From Lama glama (lineage: Eukaryota), in the NCBI GenBank assembly GCA_028534125.1, contig CM052817.1:24678001-24742000 (forward strand): a stretch of DNA of 64,000 bases. The letters are read 5' to 3'. This document shows, one piece after another, positions 38,704 to 50,370 of this stretch; the first letter of the stretch is position 1, and each line of letters opens with the position of its first letter. The notes beneath the pieces are model-generated. The model did no database searches. It was not told where the DNA came from and saw only the letters and a list, made by a program, of their open reading frames with translations. The position numbers and the translations under genes are program-made.

Positions 38704-38867
38704 CTGAGGAAGGAACATGCATAGCTGAGTCAGATGTCTATTGGGGACAAGAAAATATGACAACCTTGGGACATGTTCCCATTAAATCCAAAGTCTGCTC
38801 CCCAAACCACAGGCAATGCAGAGAATGGCAGGTCTATACAGGCACACAGGCTTGGGCTGAAACAGTC

Positions 38868-39462
38868 TTTTTTTTTTTTTTCAATCAAAGTATTGTTGAT
38901 TTACAATGTTGTGTTAATTTCTGGTGTACAGCATAGTGATTCAGTTATACATACAAATATATTCTTTTTCAGATTATTTTCCATTATACTTTATTACAAG
39001 ATATTGAATATAGTTCCCTGTGTTATGCAGTAGGTCCTTGTTTATTTTATACATAGTAGTATACATATGTTAATCCCAAAATCCTAATTTATCCCTCCCC
39101 ACTTTCCTCTTTGGTAATCATAAGTTTATTTTCTATGTCTATGAGTCTCTTTATGTTTTATAAATAAGTTCATTTGTATCATTTTTTTTAGATTGTACAT
39201 ATAAGTGCTATCATACAATATTTGTCTTCCTCTGACTTATTTCACTTAGTATGATAATCTCTAAGTCCATTCATGTAGCTGCAAATGGTATTATTTCATC
39301 CTTTTCTATCACTGCGTAATATTCCATTATATATATACACCACATCTTCTTTATCCATTCATCTGTTGATGGACATTTAGGTTGCTTCCATGTCTTGACT
39401 ATTGTAAATAGTACTGCTAGAAACATTGGGATGCATGTATCTTTTTGAATTAAAGTTCTCAT
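38868..39462 (-). mobile_element. L1 3' fragment (ORF2 end plus 3' UTR)
   Basis: Poly(T) followed by ttgatttacaatgttgtgttaatttctggtgtacagcatagtgattcag; ORF 39271..39525 (KDTCIPMF...[19 protein letters not shown]) is an ORF2 remnant. Confidence 0.92.
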
Positions 39463-39629
39463 CCTGTCCCTGCTATTCATAACCTGGGTCTCACCCTGGG
39501 TAACTTCTTTAAAAATCCGCTCCAAGCCAGCCTCTACTTCTCATCTGTATGAACACCTACGAAGCATGGAGTGGATGTACAGAGTTTCAGCGAAGGGTCC
39601 ACACAGAGTAAATACATCATTAGGTGCTA

Positions 39630-39880
39630 TTAAAGCAGGGTACTTAATGGTTAAGAGCACAGACTCAGGAGAGTTGGGGTCAAGCCCCAGCTTCACCACT
39701 TGGCAGTTGTGTGATGATCGACAATGACTGAATCTCTGTGCTTCAGTTTCTTGTGAAATAGGCAAACTATTAAACAGTACCTACCCACCCTTTTAGAGCT
39801 GTTATAAAGATGAAATAAATTAATAAATGTAAAACATCTAGAACCATTTCTACAATATAGTAAATGCTCAACTACATGCC
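39630..39880 (-). mobile_element. MIR SINE
   Basis: taatggttaagagcacagactc...aatctctgtgcttcagtttc...tagtaaatgctcaa. Confidence 0.75.
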
Positions 39881-41011
39881 AGGCACTACCCTAGGCATTT
39901 GTAACATACCATGGAGCAAAACAGATGAAGATTCCTCTCCTCACAGAGTGTATGTCCCAGAAAGATTTAGTAAATTGACAGCTCTCGTGTATGCAGAGGG
40001 AAAAGGCCAGGATGGCATCAAGATTTTGGCCTAGGGTACAAACATAAAAATGGAAGCATGTGCATTTATTTGTACGTTGACCCAAATTAACGTTTATGGC
40101 ACGTCTGCTACGTGAAAAGCACCAGCTGGGAGCTGGGTAGAGTGGTAAACAACATAGCATGACCAACGCCATCTCGGAGCTTGTAGGGTAGAATTGGAAA
40201 CAGGTACTGAACAAGTCAACACGTGGGCAGACAAGAGAGACTGGGAGAAAATGCTCGTGGAAGGTAAACACAGGGCACTAAAAGAACCAGTAACAGTGGG
40301 GACCTATTTTATGACTTCAGAAGTAGGGCAACTGGGAAGGGGGCATCTTCGGGAGAAACGGAGAAATCTGCTTTTTGACAAGCTGAAGTTCCACATGGAC
40401 TTATACCAGAGGCAGCCAGATATCCGGGCCCGTGGGGATGCCACACAGACGCTGAGAGGTCCCTGGATATGGGGGAACTGAATCGTCTCTATGAAGGAGT
40501 GCGAGGGAGAAACTGTGAGCCCAGCTGGTAAAACTACAGGACACAGCCAATTAGGATAACGGAGAAAGAGCCGACTATGCGGAAAATCAACAAAGTACCG
40601 TTCACACACACAAAATGAGGAGGGAATCACCAGATTTAAAAGGACGAGGCCTAAAGAAAACTGTGGGGTTTAACTGAAATGAAGTCTCCTTATTTGGAAT
40701 ATTCAGATTCTGAAGTGATGAAATGAAGTTTTCTACATCAGGGAGGTTCACACATACTGCTTAAGAAACTGGAAAGCTAGATACATTTCATTATAAACTC
40801 TAGCAAGAGTATTTAGGTGAAAAAAGAACATATGTTGTAATGATTACATGGAGACAAATACCAGGTGCGAAATGACCACATTTTATCACTGCAGCAAACA
40901 GTATCAAAACAGAGGCCACAGGACAAAAGGCTCTCTCTCTTTCACATGAAAAATATCCTTTATCTCTGAACATGAAAGGAAATTGCTGGCTTCTTAGGTT
41001 TGTAAAAGGTT

Positions 41012-41180
41012 TTTTTTAATTTAATTTTTAGTTTTTTAATTTTCACTTTTTTTTAAGGGGGCATAGGCAATTAGGTTTATCTATTTATTTACTTCTTTTG
41101 GTGGAGGTACCGGGGATTGAACCCAGGACTTCATGCATGCTAGGCAGGCGCTCTAACCACTGAGCATACCCTCCCCCGTG
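41012..41180 (-). mobile_element. Vic-1-like SINE
   Basis: ggggattgaacccagg...accactgagcataccctcccc; TSD taggtt(t/g)gtaaaaggtt at 40995-41011 and 41181-41197. Confidence 0.9.
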
Positions 41181-41285
41181 TAGGTTGGTAAAAGGTTGCA
41201 TCCATTATTTTATCACGTAACCTTTAAAATTTGGGATAACCTATACTTTTTTTTAGTTTTTCTTCCAAGAGTCAATATAATTAAT

Positions 41286-41333
41286 AAATGAATGAATGAA
41301 TGAATAAGAGTACACACACACACACACACACAC
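41286..41333. repeat. (GAAT)n followed by (CA)n microsatellite
   Basis: aaatgaatgaatgaatgaat...acacacacacacacacacacac. Confidence 0.9.
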
Positions 41334-41960
41334 TTCCTAAAACATATGCAAATATATCATCTAAATTAGGGTTTAACCTCAAGACTTTCTTTCAGTAAAA
41401 ACCAGAACTCTTTAACTCCTGTTACAATTCGAAGTGTTTCATTTATTAATTCTTTTCTAAAAACATACTCCACGCAATAGGAATAGACACAGCAGGCAGC
41501 ATGCTAAGACTGAAAGAACTTTACTCAGAATCATGATCTGTTTCAGTCAGGAGGTGGTAATAAATTCTCTTTGTGGGGCAGTAGGATCAGCGATGATGGC
41601 AGAGGGGCTCAGAACTGGAGCCATGCAGATCCTCCTGAATCAGGTGGTTGAGAATGCACATTCATCACTAATTTGACATCTAGCAAACCCTTGCAAATAC
41701 TACACATATATAGCTTGTGATTTACAAACATGTATCAGTCAATTTCATAATTACTGAACCGTGGCAAAAGTGAAGAAGACTGTACCTAAATTAGCAACAC
41801 ATGAAAGACAGAGAGACGCAATATAGCACTTTTAAAATGTCAGGCTGCCTGGCATAAGTAATAGTTGGCCACTGACTGCCCATGTCACTTTGAGCAAGTT
41901 TTATTAACTGCTCTGTGCTCAGTCTCATCTGTAAAATGGAACTGCAATGATTGTACCTTT

Positions 41961-42420
41961 CTATGATGATTTTAAAACATGGTCTGAAATTCTTCGGTAC
42001 TGCTCCCATGGAGAAGAGAGGTCTGTATCTCCACCCTTTGAATATATTATTGTGTGCTTTGCCTGACCAGTAGAAAATGTTGGAAGTGATGTTTCGTCCA
42101 TTTCCAAGTACGAGGCCTTAAGAAACGGATAGCTTCCACTTCCTGTCTCTTGGAGCAGTTGGTTGTTTTTGGAACCCAGCCACCACGCTATGAGGAAGCC
42201 CAAGCTGTCCCAAACAGAAAAACCAGTAACAGTCATCAACTTGCTAACTACGTAACTAAGTGCATCCTACAGCCCCAGCTGGTGCTACGTGGAGCAGAGA
42301 TGAGCTATTTCTGATGAACCTGTCCAAACTGTAGATTCTTTAGCAAAATAAATGACTATTATTGTTTTAAGCCAGTACGCTTTGTGGTAATTTTTCATAT
42401 GGCAATAGTAACTGAAAGAC
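41961..42420 (+). mobile_element. MLT1 (G/H-like) MaLR LTR inserted into a MIR
   Basis: ggaacccagccaccacgctatgaggaagcccaag and aataaatgactattattgttttaagcca; MIR halves on both sides (about 41860-41960 and 42421-42520). Confidence 0.75.
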
Positions 42421-42529
42421 TATTTCATAAAGTCATTGTGAGGGTTAAATACATTAATACGTAAAGCACTTAAAAGAGTATTTAGGAAAAGATAAGCACT
42501 ATAAAAGTGTTTAGTCATCATCTTGATAG

Positions 42530-42740
42530 AACTGCACTATCCAGCATGGTAACCACCAACCACAAATAGCTATTTAAATTTAAATCCATTAAAAATAGAT
42601 AAAATTAAAAATTCAGTTCCTCCATTGGACTAACCATATTTCAAGTGTTCAGTAGTCACATGTGGCTAACTGCTTCCCTATTGGACAGATCAAATAAAGA
42701 ACATTTCCATCATCTTGAAAAGTTCTATCGGACAGCACGG
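42530..42740. mobile_element. MER3-like hAT MITE
   Basis: aaaattcagttcctc...tttcaagtgttcagtagtcacatgtggcta...gaacatttccatcat...aaagttctatcggacagc. Confidence 0.8.
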
Positions 42741-43196
42741 TTATAAAGAACACAAAAGAACGAAATGTTGACTGGAGAATCTACTGTGATCTACCTTAGC
42801 AATTCAATTAAGAATAATTTTTAAGTCATAAACCAACTACTCACAATTAATACCTAATATATTTGTTAACTTACGTAGGTTTAGCTTTCCTTCAATTTAT
42901 ACTAATAATTTACTTAGAGACACTGTCCATCTTTTCTCTTCACCCTCAGCTGAATCATATCTGAATTCTGAAAAACTTACTTGAATTCAAATTAATATCA
43001 AAGATTTTTGTAGTATTATTTATAAAAGTCAAAAAACAGCAACAACCTGCATGTTTGACAATGAGATAATAATGAAATATCTAAGTCAGTATCTGTCTAT
43101 CCATTTGATGGAATAATATGCACCATTTAAAACAAGATTCTGTGAAGATATGGGAACACACTTATATTCAATGTTGAATTTAAAAAACAGGATTCA

Positions 43197-43226
43197 GTGC
43201 TCACTTCAGCAGCACATACACTAAAA
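43197..43226 (+). pseudogene. 3'-truncated U6 snRNA retrocopy
   Basis: GTGCTCACTTCAGCAGCACATACACTAAAA against U6 5' end GTGCTCGCTTCGGCAGCACATATACTAAAA (3 mismatches); TSD aaaaaac(a/t)ggattca at 43182-43196 and 43223-43237. Confidence 0.88.
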
Positions 43227-43687
43227 AACTGGATTCAAAATCTTACATACAGTTGATACAACTAGTAAAAAAACATGAAGGAATAAAATGTACAAAGAAA
43301 GAACTAAAATATTAAGTGACTCTGGGTAAGTGAATAATTAGATAATTATTAATTTTATTTTTATGATTTTCTGTAATTTTCTAAATTTCTTATGTATGAA
43401 TTACTTTTGTATCGAGGTGGTATAAGCACTTGAAAAAACAGATACAAAACTGAGGGTGTCAGCCATTTGGGAGTCACAGACCCCTTGGTAAACCTGTTGG
43501 ATGCTGAAGTTCTTATTCCAAAATTTTGCCTCCAAGGTCTACAAGCTCTGGACCTTAAGTTAATACGTGGGCAAGTGACTTGATAAGGATGATGTACAAG
43601 ATCCTTATCACCTGAGTAACATGGTGGACACGGGCACCATTCACTGAGATGAAAAGTATTTGGGAAAAAAGTCAAGTTTGCATAGCG

Positions 43688-44138
43688 TTAAGGGTTGAAT
43701 TTTGCCTCCTTCTCAATTCATATGTTGAAGTCTTAACCCCAAGTACCTCAGAATGTGACCACATAAGGACACAGGATCTTTACAAAGGTAACAAAGTTAA
43801 AATGAAGTCATTAGAGTAGACCCTAATCCCATATGGCTGCTTAAAAAGGGGGGAAAATTTGGAGGCAGACATACACAAATGGAAAATACCATGTGAAGAT
43901 AAAGGCAGAGATGAGAGTGATGCTTCTACAAGCCAAAGGACACCAAAGATTGCCAGCAAACCACCACAGGCTAGGGGAGGCGTGGGACTGATTCTTCCTC
44001 ACAGACAACAGAAGAAAGCAACTCTGTTGACCCCGACCTTGGACTTCTATTCTCCAGAACAGAGAGACAATAAATTTCTCCTTTTAAAATCACCAAGTTT
44101 GTGGTTCTTTGTCACAGGGGCCCTAGCAAACTAATATA
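43688..44138 (+). mobile_element. MLT1 (B/C-like) MaLR solo LTR
   Basis: gggttgaatt...aattcatatgttgaagtcttaacccc..gtacctcagaatgtgacc...gccctagcaaactaata. Confidence 0.88.
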
Positions 44139-44176
44139 CCTTGGCATGAAGAAGACAATATCACACGTTCAGTTTT

Positions 44177-44323
44177 TGGTTTTTGTATGTTTTTTTTTTT
44201 GGTGGGGGAGGGAGGTAATTAGGTTTATTTCTTTTTCTATTTTTAATGAAGGTACTGAGGATTGAACACAGGACCTTTGCATGCTAAGCATACACTCTAC
44301 CCCTGAGCTATACCCTCCCCCCA
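44177..44323 (-). mobile_element. Vic-1-like SINE
   Basis: ggtaattaggttt...ggattgaacacaggacc...tgagctataccctcccc; perfect TSD acacgttcagtttt at 44163-44176 and 44324-44337. Confidence 0.92.
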
Positions 44324-44534
44324 ACACGTTCAGTTTTGAGCCTGCGGTGATAAAAGCGAGCACCGGGACATCCAGGTGGAAATATCTACTGAGCAACTGG
44401 ACCTGCTCCAGGAAGAAGCTGAGGACAAGAAGCTAGGGTTCTACCTCAGAACACAGAATAGAGAACTTCCAGCAGGAACGAGCAGTCAGCTAGGGCAGAT
44501 GCTTTAGGAGACAGCCAGAGCAACTAAAGCAGGA

Positions 44535-45312
44535 AGGAAATGTAAAACGGTACCGCCACTATGGAAAACAGTATGGAGGTGCCTCAGAAAACTAAAAATA
44601 GAACTACCACATGATCCAGCAATCCCATTTCTGGGTATCTATCCAAAAGAACAGAAATTAGGATTTTTGAGAGCTATCTGCACTCCCATGTTCTTTGCAG
44701 CACTATTTACAATAGCTAAGACATGGAAACAACCTAAATGTTCATTGATGGTTGAATGGATAAAGAAATGTGATATACACAGATAAACGAATCCCATTCA
44801 GCATTCAGTTTTTAAAAAGGAGGAAATCCTGCTACAGGGGACAACATAGATGGGCCTGGAACATATTATGCCAAGTGAAATAAGCCAGTCACCGAAGGAC
44901 AAATACTGCATGATTCCACTTTCAGTTTTGTTGGTTTGTCTGTTTTTTTGGAAGGGGTGGGGGTTGGGGGTGGTGATTATTTTTAATGGAGGTACTAGGG
45001 ATTGAACCCAGGACCTGGTAAATGTTAAGCACAAACTCTACCACTGAGCTGTACCCTCCCCTCATGATTCCACTTACACAAGGTAACTAAAAGTCAAATT
45101 CATAGAAAGAGAGTAAAATGGAGGCTGCCAGGAGCTATGACGGAAAAATGGGTAGCTGCTATTCAACAGATATAAAGTTTCAGTTTTGCAAGATGAGTAA
45201 GTTTCAGATATTTGTTGTACAGCATTGTGTCCCTAGTTAACAACACTGTATTGTGCACTTAAACATTTGTTAAGAGGGTAATTCTCATGTTAAGTGCTCT
45301 TACCACAGTGAA
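44535..45312 (+). mobile_element. L1MA/MB 3' fragment carrying a nested Vic-1 SINE
   Basis: ccactatggaaaacagtatggagg...aactaaaaatagaactacca...; L1 sequence resumes after the SINE (acacaaggtaactaaaagtcaaattcatagaa). Confidence 0.88.
44922..45062 (-). mobile_element. Vic-1-like SINE nested in L1
   Basis: Perfect TSD catgattccactt at 44909-44921 and 45063-45075; A and B boxes present. Confidence 0.92.
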
Positions 45313-46863
45313 AGAAAGAGGAAGGAAGGAAGGAAGGAAGAAACATCCTAAGAAGAACCTTTAGAAAGAGAACTGAGGAAAACTCAAGACAAGTTGGGCC
45401 AAATAGAAACTCCTAAGAACACATGGAAAATCTTTAGTTTCTGACTGAGGAAGCAACTTGGAATCTTTTTTAACTTCTCTCTTGTCCCTGTTTCTCTATA
45501 GTTTCTTGAAGTAAACTTAAAATCCTAAAATAAATAATCTTTAAAATTCTAAAATACATACATACATCATACAGACATACACCAAATGAAAAAAATTAAA
45601 TAAAATATAGGAGGGGAAAAAACCACCCACAGGAGATCTCTGTGGCCTTGGAGGGAGCAGTTTTTCATAGACCAGAAGGTGACACTAGATTCCCTGGATG
45701 AGGAACAGAGACAGCTCAGTGGGCTCTTTCGAGAAGCCCACCATGAGCATTAAGGGTAGGGGAGTTCACTTTCAGCGTGAGGGGAAGAAATTTTTGTTCA
45801 GGATTTGAGTTTAAGTGTCTGACATCAAAGTGCCTATTCATACGCAGAAGAAAAGGAGCAAAAAGGAGAATCTGAGAGGGTGAAGGCAGGGATGACCCTG
45901 AGGAAGCTGGAGAAGCTGATTTCCATATGAAGGAAGGAGACAGGATTAAAGACTTCAATAGGAAAAAAGACACCTCCTCCTGAGGCATGGGGTCCATGAA
46001 TTAGTCCTACATGGTGGGCGAGGGAGGGTGAGGGGGCAGATAGATGCCTGATACCCAGTATTTTCTCTGCACATAGGGATGGCATCTGTTGAGAGCTGGG
46101 GGGGCCAGGGCAGAGGGGCTTGTGGAGACAGTGAGACTGAAGGAGCGGGAGAGACCGGTGAAAAGACTGCAAAGGCATTCAGGGCACAGCTGAGATGTGC
46201 ACCCCAAATCTGCAACTGGGCTAATCCACGCGGGGAGGGCCACCCAGGCAGGAAAGAGAGTAAGAGACCCAAGAGAATAAGAGACCAGGGATCGGGATCA
46301 GGATGGAATGAGGCCAAACCAGAGGAAGGAAGGGGCTGGTTCGGTGGGAGATTCCAGAAGTGATGGAAGTGTGGCTGGGACGAGTCTGCTCTTCCTCGAT
46401 CACTGCGAACAATCACCACCATCACATTTGCAGAGCGTTTATCAACCAGCATGAAGTTAAGCGTTGAGCCTTCACAGTAGACTGATGACATAGTTACTGG
46501 TATTCTCCCCAGTCACAGATGGGAAAGGAAGCTCAGAGAGGGCGAGCAGCCTGCCCAAGGTCGCACTGCCCCACATGGCAGTGCCTGGATTCAGACCAGG
46601 CGGTCTGGGCCCAGCCAGCTTGGGCACTGCTTCCTCTTATCCGACCTGAGGTCATCATTTACCAACTCGTCTGTTAAAATGATCAATGCTGGTTTGCCCT
46701 CATGTTTCACAACTTAGATTAAAGGCTCCCCAAATCTCAAAATTATGGGTTCCAATTAGCAGAGCAAGTAGGGTGTGTTTTGAAAATCCCACCAGACCTC
46801 AGAGCAGGTCACGGGATGAACAATTGCAAAACACCAATTGTCCCCCATCTCTGACCTCCCTTC

Positions 46864-47333
46864 TGTCAATAAATGTGCAGCCTAAAAGTTGAGAGTTGTT
46901 TTATTGGCGGGAGGACTCGAGCCGGGATGACAGCCTCTCAGATCGCTCTGAGGGACTGCTCCAGAGAGGTAGGGGAGGAGCTAGGATATAGAGGAGCTTT
47001 ACAACAAAGACCAGGCAGGTGGAACAATAAAAGATCACTTGTTATCTAAAGAAAACCAGGCATCTCAAGTCAAAGATTTTAGTGCTTTTCTATGTATGGG
47101 AGGAAGCAAACATTTGGGCTCATTGAATTCATTCCTTTGACAAGCATCTAGCTATCTAGGGCCAGTGTCCTGTCCTTTCTTATTCTGAGTCCCCTCAGGA
47201 GGCACCATTGTGAGTGGCTGCAGAGGCTGGGCTGCAGGCTGGTCTTCCCTGGGGGGTGGCGGCAGCCACTGATGACTTGATGGCTTCAGCATTCTTTGTT
47301 TATTGATATGGTTTGCAGTATTTTCCCTTCACA
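46864..47333 (-). mobile_element. ERV1-class solo LTR (possibly MER41-like)
   Basis: TG...CA termini, 4-bp TSD cttc/ctcc, and a minus-strand AATAAA about 35 nt from its 3' end. Family assignment is from recall only. Confidence 0.75.
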
Positions 47334-49716
47334 CTCCCAACCCCCAAATCCCAGCTTATCTTATGCAGGCCACAACCTGGGGTCCTTCCATCTCTTCAGA
47401 AACAAGCCCATCTCCTCACCTGTAGTACCCTCTGCACACAGCTAGAGCTACCGACACAGGGCGTTCTCGGCTCTTGTGATAAATGTGAGTCCCCTCCACA
47501 ACATGACAAGTAAAAAATTCCAACCAAAGCCAGCGGTTATCAAAATCCTCTGGGCTTTTTCCTAGACCCAGCCAGGTTTGGTTAATTCACTTACTTTAGG
47601 GACCCACTCCATATTGTGTTTTGCCAAGATCCTGTTGAGAAAGCCACAAGAGAAATATAACGTAAAAAGCATCAAAGACAGCAAGAAACTGAGGAAGACG
47701 TAAGAGAATGGCTCAGAGTCAATCCCCCCAAAAAATCAAAAGCCGTTTTCTAGCTTGATTTCCAAGTAATACTTAAATTTCCAACTGACCCCAGTGGTCA
47801 GAAGAGCTGAGAGGAAAAGGCACAGAAATGGCATTCCTCAAACCCAGTGGGCATAGCTCGAGGGTTGCTAAAATGATGGGGAAGACGGTAATAACCTGAG
47901 ACTCCAGATAAGGAGGCCCTTGTGACTTCTCCCAAGCCAAGGCCAAGAGCATTCTGCTGGTTCTGATAGCAATTCTTCCCCTTTCATCAGGAAAGGGTGT
48001 ACGTTTTCAGAAGCTAGGGTTTCCCAGCAGTGACCCAACAACTCTGTGATGGGAAGGACTTGGCTGGAAAGTAGACAACCCACAGCAAGCTAGGGTGGAA
48101 CATTGCTTTTAAACACACACACACATACACACACCCCATTTTGTTTCTTTTAGCAAATAGTCAAATCACAGTGCCCAAGAGCAGTCTACTTTTGGTCTAG
48201 ATTACTGCCTAAGATGGCAAGATACTCATTTCTCTGAAGAGGTTTCTCTTCATCCAGCTTTGCCCCCAGCTACCTCCGTGATACTGAACAAGTCACTTCA
48301 CCTCTCTGGGCCTCGTTTTGCTCAGCTGAAAAATGATGTGCTAGAGCCAATACCCTTCCTGGTCCTCAAAATCCTGGACTCCCCAGCCTTCTCCAGTCCC
48401 ATCCACAATTCACCCTGGGTTGATAGTACCGGAGAGAAAAACACAAGTCACTCTCCCATCTCCACAAGGCAAAAGCCAAAAAATTCTGAAGACAGAAACT
48501 TTCACAACTCATTTCATAGCAAAACCCAATCTGACAAATCCATTGGCAGCAAAACCTGTTCTGATCCGTGGTGAAGCGATTTACAGCCTCAATTCCATTG
48601 AGTCTGCTGCATAAACATTAATGTATTTGATTAGCTCTTCCAAGGGGGACTTACATATTTAGAGTTTAGGCCACGGGCCCCAGTGGTTTCAGATGGTCCA
48701 ACACTCACGAAATGGGCTCTGTTATTTTAGAGAGAGGAGCTGGAGGTTGCGGAGGGCATGTCACTTGCCCAAGATCACGCGGTTAAAAATCGGTGAGAGC
48801 CTGGGATCTTACCCAACCAGATCCTGTTTCAGGACAAGCTCATAACCAGTCCACACACTGCCTCTCAGTCCTACTTGGTCACAGCTAAGGTCTACTAGCT
48901 TCTGAAAAATGACCTCCTTTATTAAGTTAATTGTTTAAACACAGTTTAAGTCAATTATGTACACTAAAGAAAGGGGAGAATTTGAAGCAAATTCTGCAGA
49001 ACAAAATCATCCCCAAACTACTTCTATTTTTGGCAATGGAGATCACCGAAGTCATAGAGCTTTTAAGACCATCCCCAAGTGCCAGTGACCAAGACACAGT
49101 ATTTGTCCAAATTTTAAAGCCTTAAGATGTATGAAGAGAACAAATGAGCTTATACAGCAATTGGAAAACAATGGAAGTCAGTATATAAATAAGTGCTAAA
49201 TTTGCAGTGAAACGTCAGGCAGCTGCCAACCTCCAAAGGATTCCCAGATGAACAGCTGCTACAGTCCCACCTTCCCCAACTCTGCAGCTGTGACCAGGCA
49301 GGGAGGGGACACCCAGACAGGACCCACCTGCCCAGAGTCCAGTTACCCACGACACTAAATCCCTCCCAATGTATACAGCCACTCAGTTACCTTTATTTTG
49401 TCAAATTCCTTGAAAGGCTATGCTGATACTGGAGAATGGTACTCTTGATTCTGGACAGCAAAAACCACTACGGGAACAGATAGAGGCCCAGAAAGTTTCC
49501 GCAGCAAAACATGCATAAATAGCAGGGCCAGGTTATGAACCTCTGATTTACAGATGCATTTGGCTAAGAGGTCCCTTGAAAAATGCAGCTGTCTCTGAGG
49601 TTTCTGCTAATACCTATGTAAGATCATCTGCAACCCAGAGGTGCCAAAAATGGAGGGCTCTGGGCAGCAGGATCTGGATACAGGCATTAAGAGTGGAAGA
49701 AGAGAGTGTAAGAGGA

Positions 49717-49813
49717 GGGTGGAAGGTATAGCTCTGTGGTAGAGAGCATGCCTAGCATGCATAAGGTCCTGGGTTCAATTCCCAGTACCTCCACCAAAAA
49801 AAAAAAAAAAAAA
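49717..49813 (+). mobile_element. Short Vic-1-like SINE (head plus poly(A) only)
   Basis: ggtatagctctgtggtagag...ggtcctgggttcaattcccagtacctccacc followed by a long A run; degenerate TSD agtg..agagga. Confidence 0.88.
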
Positions 49814-50014
49814 GTGGGAGAGGAAAACAGGGAGGGGTGAGGGGTGAGTACCCAAAGATTTCAACATACTACCTGTGCCCAGAAAAGCTCCTTCTCTCCC
49901 AACCAAGTATTCTCTCCCAAGTATGGGGCTACATGTGGCTTCAAATAGCTTTTGTTAGAAACTCACATGACAAAATGCAATAAGTAAACCCTGATCGGAG
50001 CCTGGTTCCCAATT

Positions 50015-50370
50015 TAAACAATAATAGAATAGGTTTAAACAGCAATAAAGGATATTTTGAGGACAACAGGAAACTGGGATAGACAGTATTAGAGACATTG
50101 TTTACTTTCTTAGCTGTGATGCTGGTATTGTGGCTATGTTGAAGGAAGTCCTCAATCCTACAAAGTGATGGCAGAGGTACTTAGGTGAAATATGACTGTC
50201 TGCAACTTGATTTTAAATAGATCAGCAAAGAAAGTAGGTAGGTAGATGGACAGATAGATGACAGATGGACAGAGTGAGCAAGTGAATATGGCAAAATGTT
50301 GAATCTAAGTGACTAGGATCCAGGGGTCCACTTTACAATTCTCTCAACTGTTCTGTAATAAAAATTCACA
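50015..50370 (+). mobile_element. Old L1MC/ME-type 3' fragment
   Basis: tttcttagctgtgatgctggtattgtggctatg...aatatggcaaaatgtt...ttctctcaac; boundaries approximate. Confidence 0.6.

Noticed and set aside
38704..38763. ATG starts of ORFs 38471..38722 and 38479..38763 as the RELL1 start
   Set aside because: They lie upstream of a clear acceptor AG, in intron 1. The real start and signal peptide should be in exon 1, outside the window.
39271..39525. ORF resembling a reverse-transcriptase protein C-terminus
   Set aside because: Short decayed L1 ORF2 remnant, not a host gene; the same applies to 37827-38042.
45716..46491. Cluster of ORFs up to 178 aa
   Set aside because: Purine-rich, repeat-derived intronic sequence; ORFs on both strands, no recognisable protein and no supporting splice structure.
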